DNA of 64,000 bases, from positions 131,785,011 to 131,849,010 of the forward strand of contig NC_068983.1 of NCBI RefSeq assembly GCF_001194135.2. Direction: 5' to 3'. This document shows positions 26,060 to 37,549 of the stretch, piece by piece (position 1 is the first letter of the stretch; each line of letters starts with the position of its first letter). The DNA comes from Octopus bimaculoides (taxonomy: Eukaryota). A model generated the notes under the pieces. That model searched no databases and had not been told where the DNA came from. It was given only the letters and a program-made list of their open reading frames with translations. The translations under genes and the position numbers were made by a program.

Positions 26060-26539
26060 TATATGTTTATATATATATATATATATATATATATTTAAAA
26101 AGAAGTAATGTTCATTGGCACTTAGCCATGGCTGTTCAACAGGAACCAGCGTCTGATGTTACAGTAATTTTTGACCCCAGGAATACGCCTCATCCAGCTG
26201 GTTGTTCAATGCAATCTGCACGTGAAATATATATGTTTCAAGCACGGTAGTGAGTCCCTATCACTCTAGCTCGCAATATATAGAAATCAAATGAAACAGT
26301 CACTGATCTTGTAACAAGAAAATTACGCAGTTAGAAAAACCTTTATAGGAGATGAAAACAGTAACCATACTAAGAAGTAATGTTTATTGCCACATTAAAA
26401 TGGCTGTTCCGGAAGAAACCTTCTTGCAAGAGGTAGAAAGCATACAGTCTGGTGGTCTCATGACTGGAAGAGTGTAGATGTTCAATCCCCTGCTGGTAAC
26501 ATATATCAGGGGCACATTGCGTGCAATAGCCACCTGGAG

Positions 26540-27135
26540 CAAGTCGATTAAACTGGCCCATGTGTTCAACTCTTACTTATTTTATCGGCCATGAAAGGAT
26601 GGAAGGCAATGCCGACCTCGGTGGAATTCAAGCTCAGAACGTAAATACGGATTTAATGCAGCGAAACATTTTGCCCAGCGAGGTTAAGATCCGGCCCGCT
26701 CGCCTCGTTGGCTGGGTGTATGATATTGATCTTAACTTTTGGCTCAAGGCCAGCAATTTCGAGGGATAGGTAAGTCGATCACATCGACTACAGAACTCAA
26801 CTGGTACTTATTTTATTAATCCTGGAAGGATGAAAAGCCAAGTCGACCTCGGTGGAATCTGAACTCAGAAGATTGACGAAATGTCGCTAAACATTTTGCC
26901 CGACGTGCTAACAATTGTACCAGTTTGCCGACTTATTAGTTGGCTGAATGTAAGCAGACTTGGAGGAAGAGCCAAGATGATTAAATCTACACCAATGTTC
27001 AACTGATACTTATTCTATCCAACCCGAGGGATCGAAGGCAAAGTCGAATTCAGGGGAAATTGAACTCTGAACGTAAAGGTGGACGAAATGTCACTAAATA
27101 TTTTGCAAGGTGTGCTCACGCTTCTGGCAGTTGGG
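26540..27135 (-). mobile_element. Three head-to-tail SINE family B copies (about 26540-26707, 26730-26935, 26960-27135)
   Basis: The TACTTATT..GAAGG.AA.GTCGA..GAA..GAACTC.GAA..GAAATG..AAACATTTTGC core recurs three times. Confidence 0.85.
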
Positions 27136-27519
27136 TACATAAAAATAATCAATAAAACTACACAACATAAGACAGAGATATAAGAAACATTTACAATCTT
27201 GTAATTTTAGTAAAAGCAGATTATTTTAAAATCTTACTGTGAAAACAGATACTGTGGTAAAATCAAAGATTTTTTGCACGTTATAATCATCAGAAGCGAC
27301 CAATGTGACTTGTTTCAGCATTTAATAACGCTTTATCACTTTCCCGACCACACAAAAATATAGCAGTTTGTAGCTATTTATAGTAAGCACAAACTCGAAT
27401 AAACTAACTTTGTCTGTCGTTATTTGCATCACAGTGCAAAGGTTGGAAACGTTCATGAATCATTAATCAAATCAATACATGATGCTAACAGATACAGAGA
27501 AGTAATACAAATTACTGAC

Positions 27520-27588
27520 CATGGGATTGTAGTAAAAACACGTTTCTGCTGACGCCATGAAAGTAGATGCTATGGACGATGTTCATAT
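27520..27588 (-). CDS. Candidate 69-nt internal exon of an unidentified gene
   Basis: Acceptor TCTTTTTTTTACTACAG and donor G|GTCAGT; one open frame, MNIVHSIYFHGVSRNVFLLQSH, phase 1-1; lies in non-repeat sequence. Confidence 0.3.
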
Positions 27589-27974
27589 CTGTAGTAAAAA
27601 AAAGATTTGTAATCTTCAGCATTTATTTTTGCTTCACCAGAAATCGATTCATTAAATTCCTGATCCCAAACAGAATACTGGCTTTTCACGATTTATAATT
27701 TACACCAACACTGTTCCAACACAGTGGTCAACACAGTCTTACACTCCAGTTTGAATATCACACAGATTGATATTTTCTTGATGATCAGTAAAATGAGCTG
27801 CTATTGAAACTAGTCAGACTGATTTCATTGAGCTTAATGCCGGTATCTACTATGCTGAAATCACTGTGTTTAAATAAATGTGACACATAATCGTTCACTC
27901 ACACACGTACACACAGACACACGTCAATTTCTACTACATCTCGATCTCTCCCTTACCTTCTATATGTACATATA

Positions 27975-28203
27975 CGAGGTACGTTAAAAAAGGATCTGAC
28001 TTCATTTTTCTCTCCAAATCTTATGCCTTGTAGGCAAAATCTTTTGGGTAGTAGGTGACGCCACTGTTCCTGCGCATGGGAGAAAATTTGTGCTTCACTA
28101 AGCCGCTTCAGTTCCAATTTGTTACACCTAGAGTAAAGACGTGTAGTGTGCGCCTGTGAAGTTTTCATTTTCAGGCGAAATGACCGAGTGCATGGAATAG
28201 AGA
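27975..28203 (+). mobile_element. Mariner 5' end (TIR, 5' UTR, first codons)
   Basis: TA-CGAGGTACGTTAAAAAAGGATCTGAC..; ATGACCGAGTGCATGGAATAGAGA (MTECME*R). Confidence 0.75.
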
Positions 28204-28873
28204 CCCATATCTCATCCCCTGTGATGATGGCCTTCAGAAAAAATGGGTCTTAGTTTGCACAGTGCAGTATGTTCTGAGCGATGTACATGTGGAGTTTGTT
28301 CTGCTGGCCTGCCAGCACCTTGGGAACGAATTACGCCGACACTCTCCGCATGCACATATCATCCGTTTGAATGCAATGTCCTGATCCTATGCTTATTCCC
28401 ACTTTGTGAGCAATCATCTGAACCGTTATATGACGTTCTTCCATGAATATTCGCCGAAAACTTCTCAATCAGCTCCGCATCTCGGCTTGTGGTTGACCTG
28501 CTTAAGCGTGTCTCATCTTCCACTGAGATGCAACCATGTCTGAAGTGGTTGTAACACTTCTTGATCGGAGTTTTGCCCATGGTATCATCACCAAAGGCCT
28601 GCTTGATCTTCTTGTTGGTTTGAGCCTGAGTATCACCAAGCTACTGACAAAACTTAATGCAATATCACTAATCGATGCGTTTGGTTAATGAAAACATCCA
28701 ATGAGCACGCACTTCACGTCGGTACTCTAGGTGTTACTGACGTAGCCTATTAGTGCGAAAGTGTTCACGCATACGTAAGAGGAGTGTCGTCACATCACAC
28801 CCAAAGGATTTTGCCTACATGGATTTAGTTTTGGCGGAAAAAATAAAGTCGCATACTTTTCAAACGCATCTTT
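28201..28873 (-). mobile_element. Mariner 5' half, related but diverged, opposite orientation
   Basis: Minus strand: CIKFCQ*LG..IKQAFGDDTMGKTPIKKCYNHFRHG..VEDETRLSRSTT.., FVPK, DPFFLKAIITGDEIW (first catalytic Asp). Confidence 0.9.
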
Positions 28874-28950
28874 TATGTATGTGTGTGTATATATATGTAT
28901 GTGTGTGTATATATATATGTATGTGTGTCTGTGTCTGTGTGTTTGTGTAA

Positions 28951-28990
<40 letters not shown>

Positions 28991-29042
28991 ATAGATAGAT
29001 AGACAGACAGACAGACAGATAGATATATAGATAGATAGATAA

Positions 29043-29103
<61 letters not shown>

Positions 29104-29317
29104 GAGAGAGATATATAGATAAATAGATATTTCTTATTCTTAAACAAGAATCTTATTGACGATGACTTCAAATTTTGCTTCTCGCAGTGATATTTATAGC
29201 GTAATGCTATTTCTTTTTTTGTTTATATATGCTTTCATTCAGCTACTTATCAGGTAAAATCCGAAATTAATCTAAAATGAATTAAGCGATCCTTCAATAA
29301 ATATATAAGCTATATAC

Positions 29318-29718
29318 AGGAGTGGGTGTGTGGTGAGTAGCTTTCTTACTAGTCACATGGTTTCGCATTGAGTCCCACTGCATGACACCTTGGGCAAGTG
29401 TCTTCTACTATAGCCTTGGACCGACCAAAGCCTTGTGAGGGGATTTCGTACACAGGAATTGAAAGAAGCCCGTGCGTGCGTGCGTGCGTGCATGTGTGTG
29501 TCTGTGTGTGTATACGCTTCTGTGTCTGTGTTTGTTCCCCCAACATCGCTTGACAACAGATACTGGTGTGTTTACGTCCCTATAACCTAGCGGTTCGGCA
29601 TAAGAGACAGATACAATAACTACTAGGCTTACAAAACATAACTTCTGGGCTCGACTAAAGGCAGTGCTGTAGCATGGCTGCAGTGAAATGACTGTAACAA
29701 GTAAAAGAATAAAAGAAT
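29318..29718 (+). mobile_element. Full-length SINE family A
   Basis: GGAGTGGGTGTGTGGTGAGTAG head, CACCTTGGGCAAGTGTCTTCTACTATAGCC core, internal TG repeat, ..ACAAGTAAAAGAATAAAAGAAT tail. Confidence 0.9.
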
Positions 29719-29738
29719 GTTTGTGTGTGCGTGAGTGA

Positions 29739-29859
<121 letters not shown>

Positions 29860-30617
29860 TCCTAAATATTATTATGTTAGTTGAATGCGCCATAATTTTG
29901 TCACATATATGTGGACACAGAGATGCATGTGTGTGTATTTACAAATATTTACAATTGCTTGTGCTTAGTGTGCCTAGTCATGTAGGGATAATTCCTATAA
30001 CTTGTTGTTATAATAGCACAATTCACATTTCACACCGTTTTTTAGAAAGCTTTCAAAAGTTTCTCCACATAGACAAGCAGGACAATAGGTTACATTAATA
30101 GTTGTGGAACATGTTCGTGTTCTTTCGATATACCAAAATGATTCGTTCTTTATTCAATGTTTTCTTTCATGAGCTAGAAATTGAAATAAAACATCACGGC
30201 ACCGATATTTGAACAGAAAAGATAGATTCGTCGTTTGATTTCTTTGAGATGTTACAGATAAAAGGTAGGAATTATAAGATGTTATATATCATATATATAT
30301 TCTCGCTAAAATATATTTCTTCATATTCCTCTCATAAATTGCCAGGCACTCACAATTTTGACGCGAAAATATATTCTAATGGATACATTACTTATTGCAG
30401 TCTGATGAAGGTAACAAGGCAAGTTTCCGTATCAATAATAAGGTTGATAAAAATCTGTAACAGAATATTTTTTTTATAGATGTCAGAGGCATAAAATACT
30501 AACTCAAAGAAGAAGTGAATTATTTTGAAATATTTTAGCTGTACGGTTAAGCAGTTCTGTTTAAAATATGAGATGCTAAGAACGAATAGTTTTGGCGGAA
30601 AAACATTTTTTTCTTCT

Positions 30618-30830
30618 AATACTTGTTTCAGTTACTTGACTGCAGCCATGCTGGAGCATTGCCTTAAAGAGTTTTAGTCGAAGAAAAGAACTTCAAGACT
30701 TATTCTTTTTAAGCCTAGTACTTATGCTATCGGTTTCATTTGACGAACCACTAAGTAATGGGAACGTAACCTCAGTAGTATCGGTTGTCAAGTGATGGTG
30801 GGGGGGACAAACACAGATACAAACACACGG
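30618..30830 (-). mobile_element. SINE family A, 3' half
   Basis: CTTGTTTCAGTTACTTGACTGCAGCCATGCTGGAGC..AAGCCTAGTACTTAT..TCGGTTGTCAAGTGATGGTGGGG. Confidence 0.85.
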
Positions 30831-30869
30831 AGAGAAATATATACATATATGTATGCATTTATATGTATA

Positions 30870-31540
30870 TAAGGGCATTCCTACAGAATAATGCCACACA
30901 ACAGACATCCCAAATAAACACATTTTAGTACCGAATGCGAGGAAAGCAACCATCAAAAGAAACCAACTTTCTTTTAAACAACTCAACTATGTATCGACCG
31001 ATTTCGAGATTACCGGAATGGCATCTAGTTTCCGCTCATCACGCATAGTATAATACAAAATATATATAAATAAATGAATAAATAAATATTCAATGCTGAA
31101 TCTTATATATGTATGCATGTATATTTATATATATGTAATTATAAATCTATAATTACAGGTTTTCTTATACACACATACCATTAAATTAAGCATTATTCCC
31201 TCTATTCTTCCAGCATTTTATTAATTAAATATTTTATTTTTTCTTCCTATTTTTGGTAGGATGTTTTAATATTTTAGTTATAAATCCACTTGACTCGTTA
31301 TTTAATATAGTATTTTTATTTCATACTTTGCACACCTCTTTAAGGACATACATAATGCAAATTTTCTATCTAGCCCATTTTATATACTTGGTTTACTCAT
31401 TTATATTTCATTAATTACATCTCCTTGACTGTTAGTTCTCCATTGATTTTATATTTGATCCTTTCTCCAACCTATATACACATATAATATAATTACAGAG
31501 TAATTTTATTTATCTCTTAGTAAGCAAATTTATACCTTTT
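30870..31540 (-). mobile_element. Probable PLE 3' end (decayed endonuclease C-terminus plus pLTR-like region)
   Basis: Contains the hammerhead motif at 30987-31048. Upstream minus frames give weak C.LC.(E)K and NTILN..S.FI.K remnants. Confidence 0.45.
30987..31048 (-). ncRNA. Degenerate type-I hammerhead ribozyme
   Basis: Minus strand: CTATG-CG-TGATGA-GCGGAA-ACTAGATGCCA-TTCCG-GTAAT-CTC-GAAA-TCGG-TC-GATA-CATAG. Core boxes, stem II, short stem III and CTATG/CATAG stem I are present. Confidence 0.7.
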
Positions 31541-31565
31541 AATTCCCATCTCTCTCTTTAAACGC

Positions 31566-31603
<38 letters not shown>

Positions 31604-31669
31604 AAAAAATTTAAAGCTTTTCTATCTTACACGAATGTTTCCTTTATATATATATATACAATATATAAT

Positions 31670-31828
31670 CGACTCCAGTCAGTTTCCGTCTCCCAAATCC
31701 ACTTACAAGGCTTTGGTCGACCTGCGGCTATACTAGAAGACAGTTGCTCAAGGTGCTACGGAGTGGAACTGAACCCAGTTCTATGTGGTTATGAAACAAG
31801 TTTGTTACCATACATCCACGTCCGTGGC
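31670..31828 (-). mobile_element. SINE family A, 5' half
   Basis: CAGTTTCCGTCTCCCAAATCCACTTACAAGGCTTTGGTCG..CAAGGTGCTACGGAGTGGAACTGAACCC. Confidence 0.85.
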
Positions 31829-32024
31829 TAAAACTTTAAAGAATGTTCTCCAGGTATAATGTGTGTGTATGGTATGTATGTATGTATGTATGTATGTATG
31901 TATGTATGCATGCATGTATGCATGTCACCTGTCCTCGTCTGTTGTTATTATTTGTATATTCTCCCATATATATATATATATATATATATATAGGCATGTA
32001 TATATATATATATATATGTGTGTG

Positions 32025-32062
<38 letters not shown>

Positions 32063-32359
32063 AGAGGTACTCTCCTGTCGTTAGACGGCGTATGAGGGTT
32101 CGACAATTATTTACTGAACAACCACACACATGATTTGCATATAGAAATCAAACTTTTGTGTAGACATGCGCTCACTTCCTTCATCACATCGACGTTACCT
32201 GTACAGGTGCAACGGGTGCGACATGTCATATATATATATATATGTACATATGTACATATATACATAGATGCATACATATATACATGGATATATACATACA
32301 TGTATACATATATACATGCAACATATATGCATGCATACATACATACACATGCATATATT

Positions 32360-32700
32360 TGTAGACCCAGGCGTGACTGAGTGGATTTGTTTGGAAGAAA
32401 CTGTAAGAAGCCCATTGTATATATAGAGGTGTGTGTGTGTGTGAGTGAGTGTGTGTGTATGATGTGAATTTACGTGTGTGATATTTGCCTTTGTCGTCCA
32501 CCTCCAATTAGCAACTGGTGTCTATTGGTTTATTTCCACATAAATTAGTGTAAGTCAAATAGAGACGATGGAATATGTGCCAGACTTAAAAACGAATAAA
32601 TTTTGCGGTTAATTAGGTCGACTAAACCCTCGGAGGTGATTCTCCAAATTCACCTCACTCCAATGCCTGAAACAAACAAAAGGAAAGATAAAATAAAATA
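32360..32700 (+). mobile_element. Degraded SINE family A copy
   Basis: GTGAGTGGATTTG-like segment, GAAACTGTAAGAAGCCC, internal repeat, GTCGACTAAA..CCTGAAACAAACAAAAG. Confidence 0.55.
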
Positions 32701-32899
32701 AANNNNNNNNNNNNNNNNNNNNNNNNNNNNNNNNNNNNNNNNNNNNNNNNNNNNNNNNNNNNNNNNNNNNNNNNNNNNNNNNNNNNNNNNNNNNNNNNNN
32801 NNNNNNNNNNNNNNNNNNNNNNNNNNNNNNNNNNNNNNNNNNNNNNNNNNNNNNNNNNNNNNNNNNNNNNNNNNNNNNNNNNNNNNNNNNNNNNNNNNN

Positions 32900-32932
<33 letters not shown>

Positions 32933-33002
32933 TATATACGTGCGCGAGTGTGTATCTGTGTGCATGTGTGTGTTTGTACACAAGTGCGCGCACCCACACT
33001 CA

Positions 33003-34258
33003 CACAAAAATTTCCTGGACTAGTTCTGTAGCGCCCCAACAGATGTCAGTAGACGGTTGAGTGCACAATGGGAGCTAGCAGTGACATTCATGAGCCTGTG
33101 TGCCGAGTGACATTGCTGTGTTTACTTAGCAAGATTTGAAATTTGTTATTTGGTGATCACGTTTATGCTGTTGTCTGCAATTTTGTCATACATAAGAAGT
33201 TGGAACAAAGAACCAACGGGAAATTTTGCGTTAAAATTGAGAGGTTTGCTACGGAGATATTGAATTTGCTTCGGCAAGCTTACAGCGACGAGGCAATTGT
33301 TCGTACACAATGTTCCGAGTGGCAGGAGCGCTTCAAAAGCGGAAAGGCATACCTGGGAAACGATGAGCGAACTGGAAGACCTGTCACGAGCATCCCCCAT
33401 GGAGATGTGAAGCAACTTCATCAGCTTGTGCACGAGGATAGCTGGAGCACAATCAGCGACGTTGCTGATGTTGTTGATCTGTCGTATGGGTCCGTACAGT
33501 CAATCCTAACTTCTAAATTGAACATGTGGCGTGTCTACCGAGTTTGTCCCCCGCCCGCAGACCACTGAGCAGAACGAACATCGCATCGATTTCTGTCAAT
33601 ATCTCCTTCAGTGTGCCGCTGATAATCCATTCTTTATACTGAGATCGTCACCGGCGAGGAAAGTTGTGTCTACGGGTATGACACTGAAACGATACCGTAG
33701 TCGTCACAAAGGAGGAACCCTTCATCTCCAGAACTGAACACGACTCAACAGACAGCAGCTCAATCAAAGTCATGCTCATCATTCTTTTTTTCTACATCTG
33801 CACTATTGTGCATCGAAATTCGACAGACAGTCAATCGAGAGTTCTACTGACACGATTTGAAGCGTTTGAGGGAGATATTCGGCGGAAGCGACCGGATCTG
33901 TGGAGTGCGAAGAATTGGATATTTCACTGAGCTCCTCTGACTAATGAGTTTCTCGACGAAATCAACGTGGTAACGCTTCCACACCCGCCGTATTCGCCCG
34001 ATTTAACACTGGAAATCTCTTCCCCAAGATGAAAATGCAGCTCAAAGGTCACTGTTTTAACACCGTTGTCAAGATCTAAACCGAATCGCAGAAGGTCCTC
34101 GACTGGCTTACGAACAAAGACCTCCAGGCCGGATTCCAAAAGTGGCGGGAACGCTGGGACCAGTGTATTGTTGCGCAAGGTGACTATTCCGAAGGCGGCA
34201 AGCAAGTTATTTTCTATTAGACACAAGTTATCCGGGAAATTTTTGTTACCACCTTGAA
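33003..34258 (+). mobile_element. Full-length degenerate mariner transposon
   Basis: ACAAAAATTTCCTGGA left TIR remnant versus TCCGGGAAATTTTTGTTACCACC right TIR. EQRTNGKFCVK..DERTGRP, FVPR, IVTGEE.CVYGYD, PYSPDL. Confidence 0.92.
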
Positions 34259-34267
34259 TACACTTTT

Positions 34268-34360
<93 letters not shown>

Positions 34361-34708
34361 TGTGTGGTAGCGTGTGCATGCGTCACGCGTTTATTCTCAT
34401 ATTAAAAGTAAAATTTATGACGGACCACAAGTCAAATTTAAGCCAACAGAGTAACGGTAGAACCCTGGAGAAAAGTTTTAAACGGCTACTAAGCCGGTGT
34501 AAATCAATAGAGTCAGTTGTCGTATATCAAGTAGAAACACTTTGTTGATACACAGCGTCGTTAAATGATTTTGAACAATAAATCAATAACGTTCAGAGAT
34601 CTTACAGGGAAAATGTTAACCAGTAGTAGCAATACAGTGAAAAGTCTCAGTGATTTTGAGGCAAAATTAAAAGCGAAAGATGACGAAGACATTCAGTATT
34701 TTTCTTAA

Positions 34709-35070
34709 AAAATGGAAAAAAAAAAAGAATCTCTGTGCTGTGTATTGATGGCATTTCAGATTCACTACCATTAGAGAAACACATGAATCTTATTTTGGGA
34801 AAATACTGAATCTTGCTTTGCATTAATGGAATTAGAATGATAATCCAAACGCCATCCATAATTAGCACATTGCGTCGAAATGCCTTGCCAATGCCGAAAA
34901 ATGTGAAAGGTATAAAGAATTAGTTTTAAAAGAACTCGACATTGGCGAGATTGTTGTCTATCTCATGCGGGATAGAAAAAAATGTAGCTACAAGCCTGAA
35001 GCAAGTGTGTAACAAAAGCTTGGATTCACTTTAGATAAGTGGTTCTCAAACATTTTCGGATTGCTGCCAT
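34709..35070 (+). repeat. Copy 1 of a diverged direct repeat (hAT flank plus terminus); copy 2 at 35959-36346
   Basis: Shared blocks GTATTGATGGCATTTCAGATT, TAATTAGCACATTGCGT.GAAATGCCTT, TTAGTTTTAAAA.AACTCGACATTGGCGAGATTGT, TTAGATAAGTGGT. Confidence 0.92.
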
Positions 35071-36800
35071 CTTGGCCATCAGCCCACATTCCTAGCGGTC
35101 CTCTCCCATGCACACACACTACCTCACCATAAACATAGATCTCTTCTTACCGAAAAATGGAAACAGTCGTATCTCACTTATAAAAATTAACATTGTTTAA
35201 CCCATTATTTTGCTGTTTTTACAGTATGAATCAACAAATTTACATCTCACTGTAAATAAATTGTTTTAGTATTTTTACTGTGATGAATGTACTTTGTGCA
35301 AGGATATCAGCTTCCCAACATCGGGCTGAGAGACACCAATAAGTAGTCTTTGATCCTTGTGTTCAATAATGTTCAGTCTGGTTTTACTTTGCTTAGAAAT
35401 AAAGTGGACAGCTGTACTGAAGCCCGGCTTATTGAACATGACTTTGGGTAGACAATAAAGTACATTAACACTGTGTTCTGCAGTGCAGGGTAGCAATAAG
35501 AAATGCAATCAAAAGTCCTGATATGATTTCTTCGAATTTTCGGCTCAGCTAAGTATCATTTTAAAGTCAAACAAGCTCGGCCTCCGCTAATATTGTTTCC
35601 TCATTATTGATATCTAGGAATCTCTCAGATTGGTATTTTAAACAAAAAAGAAATATCTTGAAGTCCGTCAGATATGTCTCTATGCAGTTCATCGAGATGT
35701 GAACAATATCTTGAATAGTATCTCCTGATATGCATTTTTCTTTCTCCAGTTCAGGGAGGCTCTGAAACTGTAAGCTCTTACAACAGCTTTGGTTGTATTT
35801 GAATAACTCGAACAGAAACGTGGAGAGAGTTTTGATTTTAACTTGATAAGATTTAACTTTATTTCCTTGTGGTTGCAAATTATTTCTTTTAAGCTTTGTG
35901 AGTCTTGCTTGATGTTTCTTAGTTCATCACAAACAACAGAATCAGGGCATTGCAAGCGAAATGGAAAACAAATCTCTGTGACATTGTGGTATTGATGGCA
36001 TTTCAGATTTCATTACTATTGGAGTAATACATTAATCTCTTTTGGGGAAAATACTAAATCTTTCTCTGCATTAATGGAGTTGGAATGATAATTCATATGC
36101 CATCCCTAATTAGCACATTGCGTTGAAATGCCTTCCCAAAGCCGAAATATGTGAATAATATAAATAATTAGTTTTAAAATAACTCGACATTGGCGAGATT
36201 GTCGTCTAAGAAACAAGAAATACCATTCTGACCGCAATCTCATGTGGGATAGGAAACCAAATAGCCATAAGTCTGAAGCTATTTTGTGACAAAATTAAGA
36301 ATGCTATTTAGATAAGTGGTACTGAAAATTATCGGACTGCCGCCCCCAACTGATTTAAAAAGCGAGTAGAAACTTTCAAGCTGTTTCCCGTCAGCATCCA
36401 TCGAACCTCCGTATGTAGAAACAATAGTTCAAAATCTTTATCATTCTCATTGCAGAGCTGATGAAACAGTGGGGAACTGAGAATATGATACTTGGTGCCA
36501 TTTACGGCTGTAATAACTGTGTTCAACGATTTAAGTTTACTACTTAGATTATTTGGAACGTGTGCAAACTCACTAGGTATAGCATTTTCAATAAATTAAT
36601 GAAACAGGGATGACAAACAACTATCAATGGTGTTCTTAGAAAACGAAATACTATTTCTTAGAAAACGAAATACTACATTTTTGTATCTGTTTCTAGTTAT
36701 CTTTAAATAATAGCTCTTGAACCAAACTTTTATGAAACAAACATAAACAAGAAAGAAATGGCATTAACCTGACTGCAAATTTGGTCACTATGTGTATGTT
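35037..36800 (-). mobile_element. hAT (Charlie/Buster-type) transposon, 3' part, split at about 35959-36346
   Basis: Terminus AAGTGGTTCTCAAAC preceded by CTTTAGAT (NTCTAGAN-like target site). Minus translation: LFHQLCNENDKDFELLFLHTEVRW, LQGN-like QPQGNKV, KPGFSTAVHFISKQSKTRLNI..QPDVGKLISLHKVHSSQ (dimerisation domain). Confidence 0.88.
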
Positions 36801-37033
36801 TCACAATATACTTTAACTATTATAGCATTCCAGATTTTGAAACACCTGTAATAAGCATTTTTAGAGAAAATGAAAATAAAAGACAACAAACGAAAATTTC
36901 AATTTATTCATTATGGCTTTGCCAAATTAGTTTTTCTATAAAAATACAAATTGTTTCAAAATGTGGAATACTACATACCGAAAAGCAAAATAGAAACAAA
37001 AAGTAGCTATGGTTTGTATTTAAATGGTGGGAT

Positions 37034-37137
<104 letters not shown>

Positions 37138-37549
37138 TGGCGGGGGGATAAGGATTTTAGACGTTGGAAAAAAATTACTTTGAAAGTTTTCTTTTGAAGA
37201 AAGTCCGTTTGTGAGTATTTTGAAATATGGAACGCCAGTGAAATATGGAAAATTGCCGAAAAATACGAGAAATTCCGATTTACGTGAGACAGCTATTCTG
37301 AAAATCCGACAAACACATAATTAAATACCTTTTTAAGAAAAATGCGTAATGATAAAGGTTCTAAAATATAAGCTTAAAAACAAGAAAAAAATTGGTGTAC
37401 TTATTACTGACACTGAACTAATTTTAAAAAGAAATATTTGTACAAATTTATATTTATTTTACCTGTTATTTTTACATTACCTGTTATTTTATATGTATAT
37501 ATATATATATCATATATAAAATAGAAATGTATGTGTATCTGCTTTTCAG

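Noticed and set aside
29318-29400. tRNA gene
   Set aside because: A/B-box-like motifs belong to the SINE head and run on into SINE core; no cloverleaf was found.
30401-30440. CTGATGAAG, possible hammerhead box
   Set aside because: No stem II followed by GAAA.
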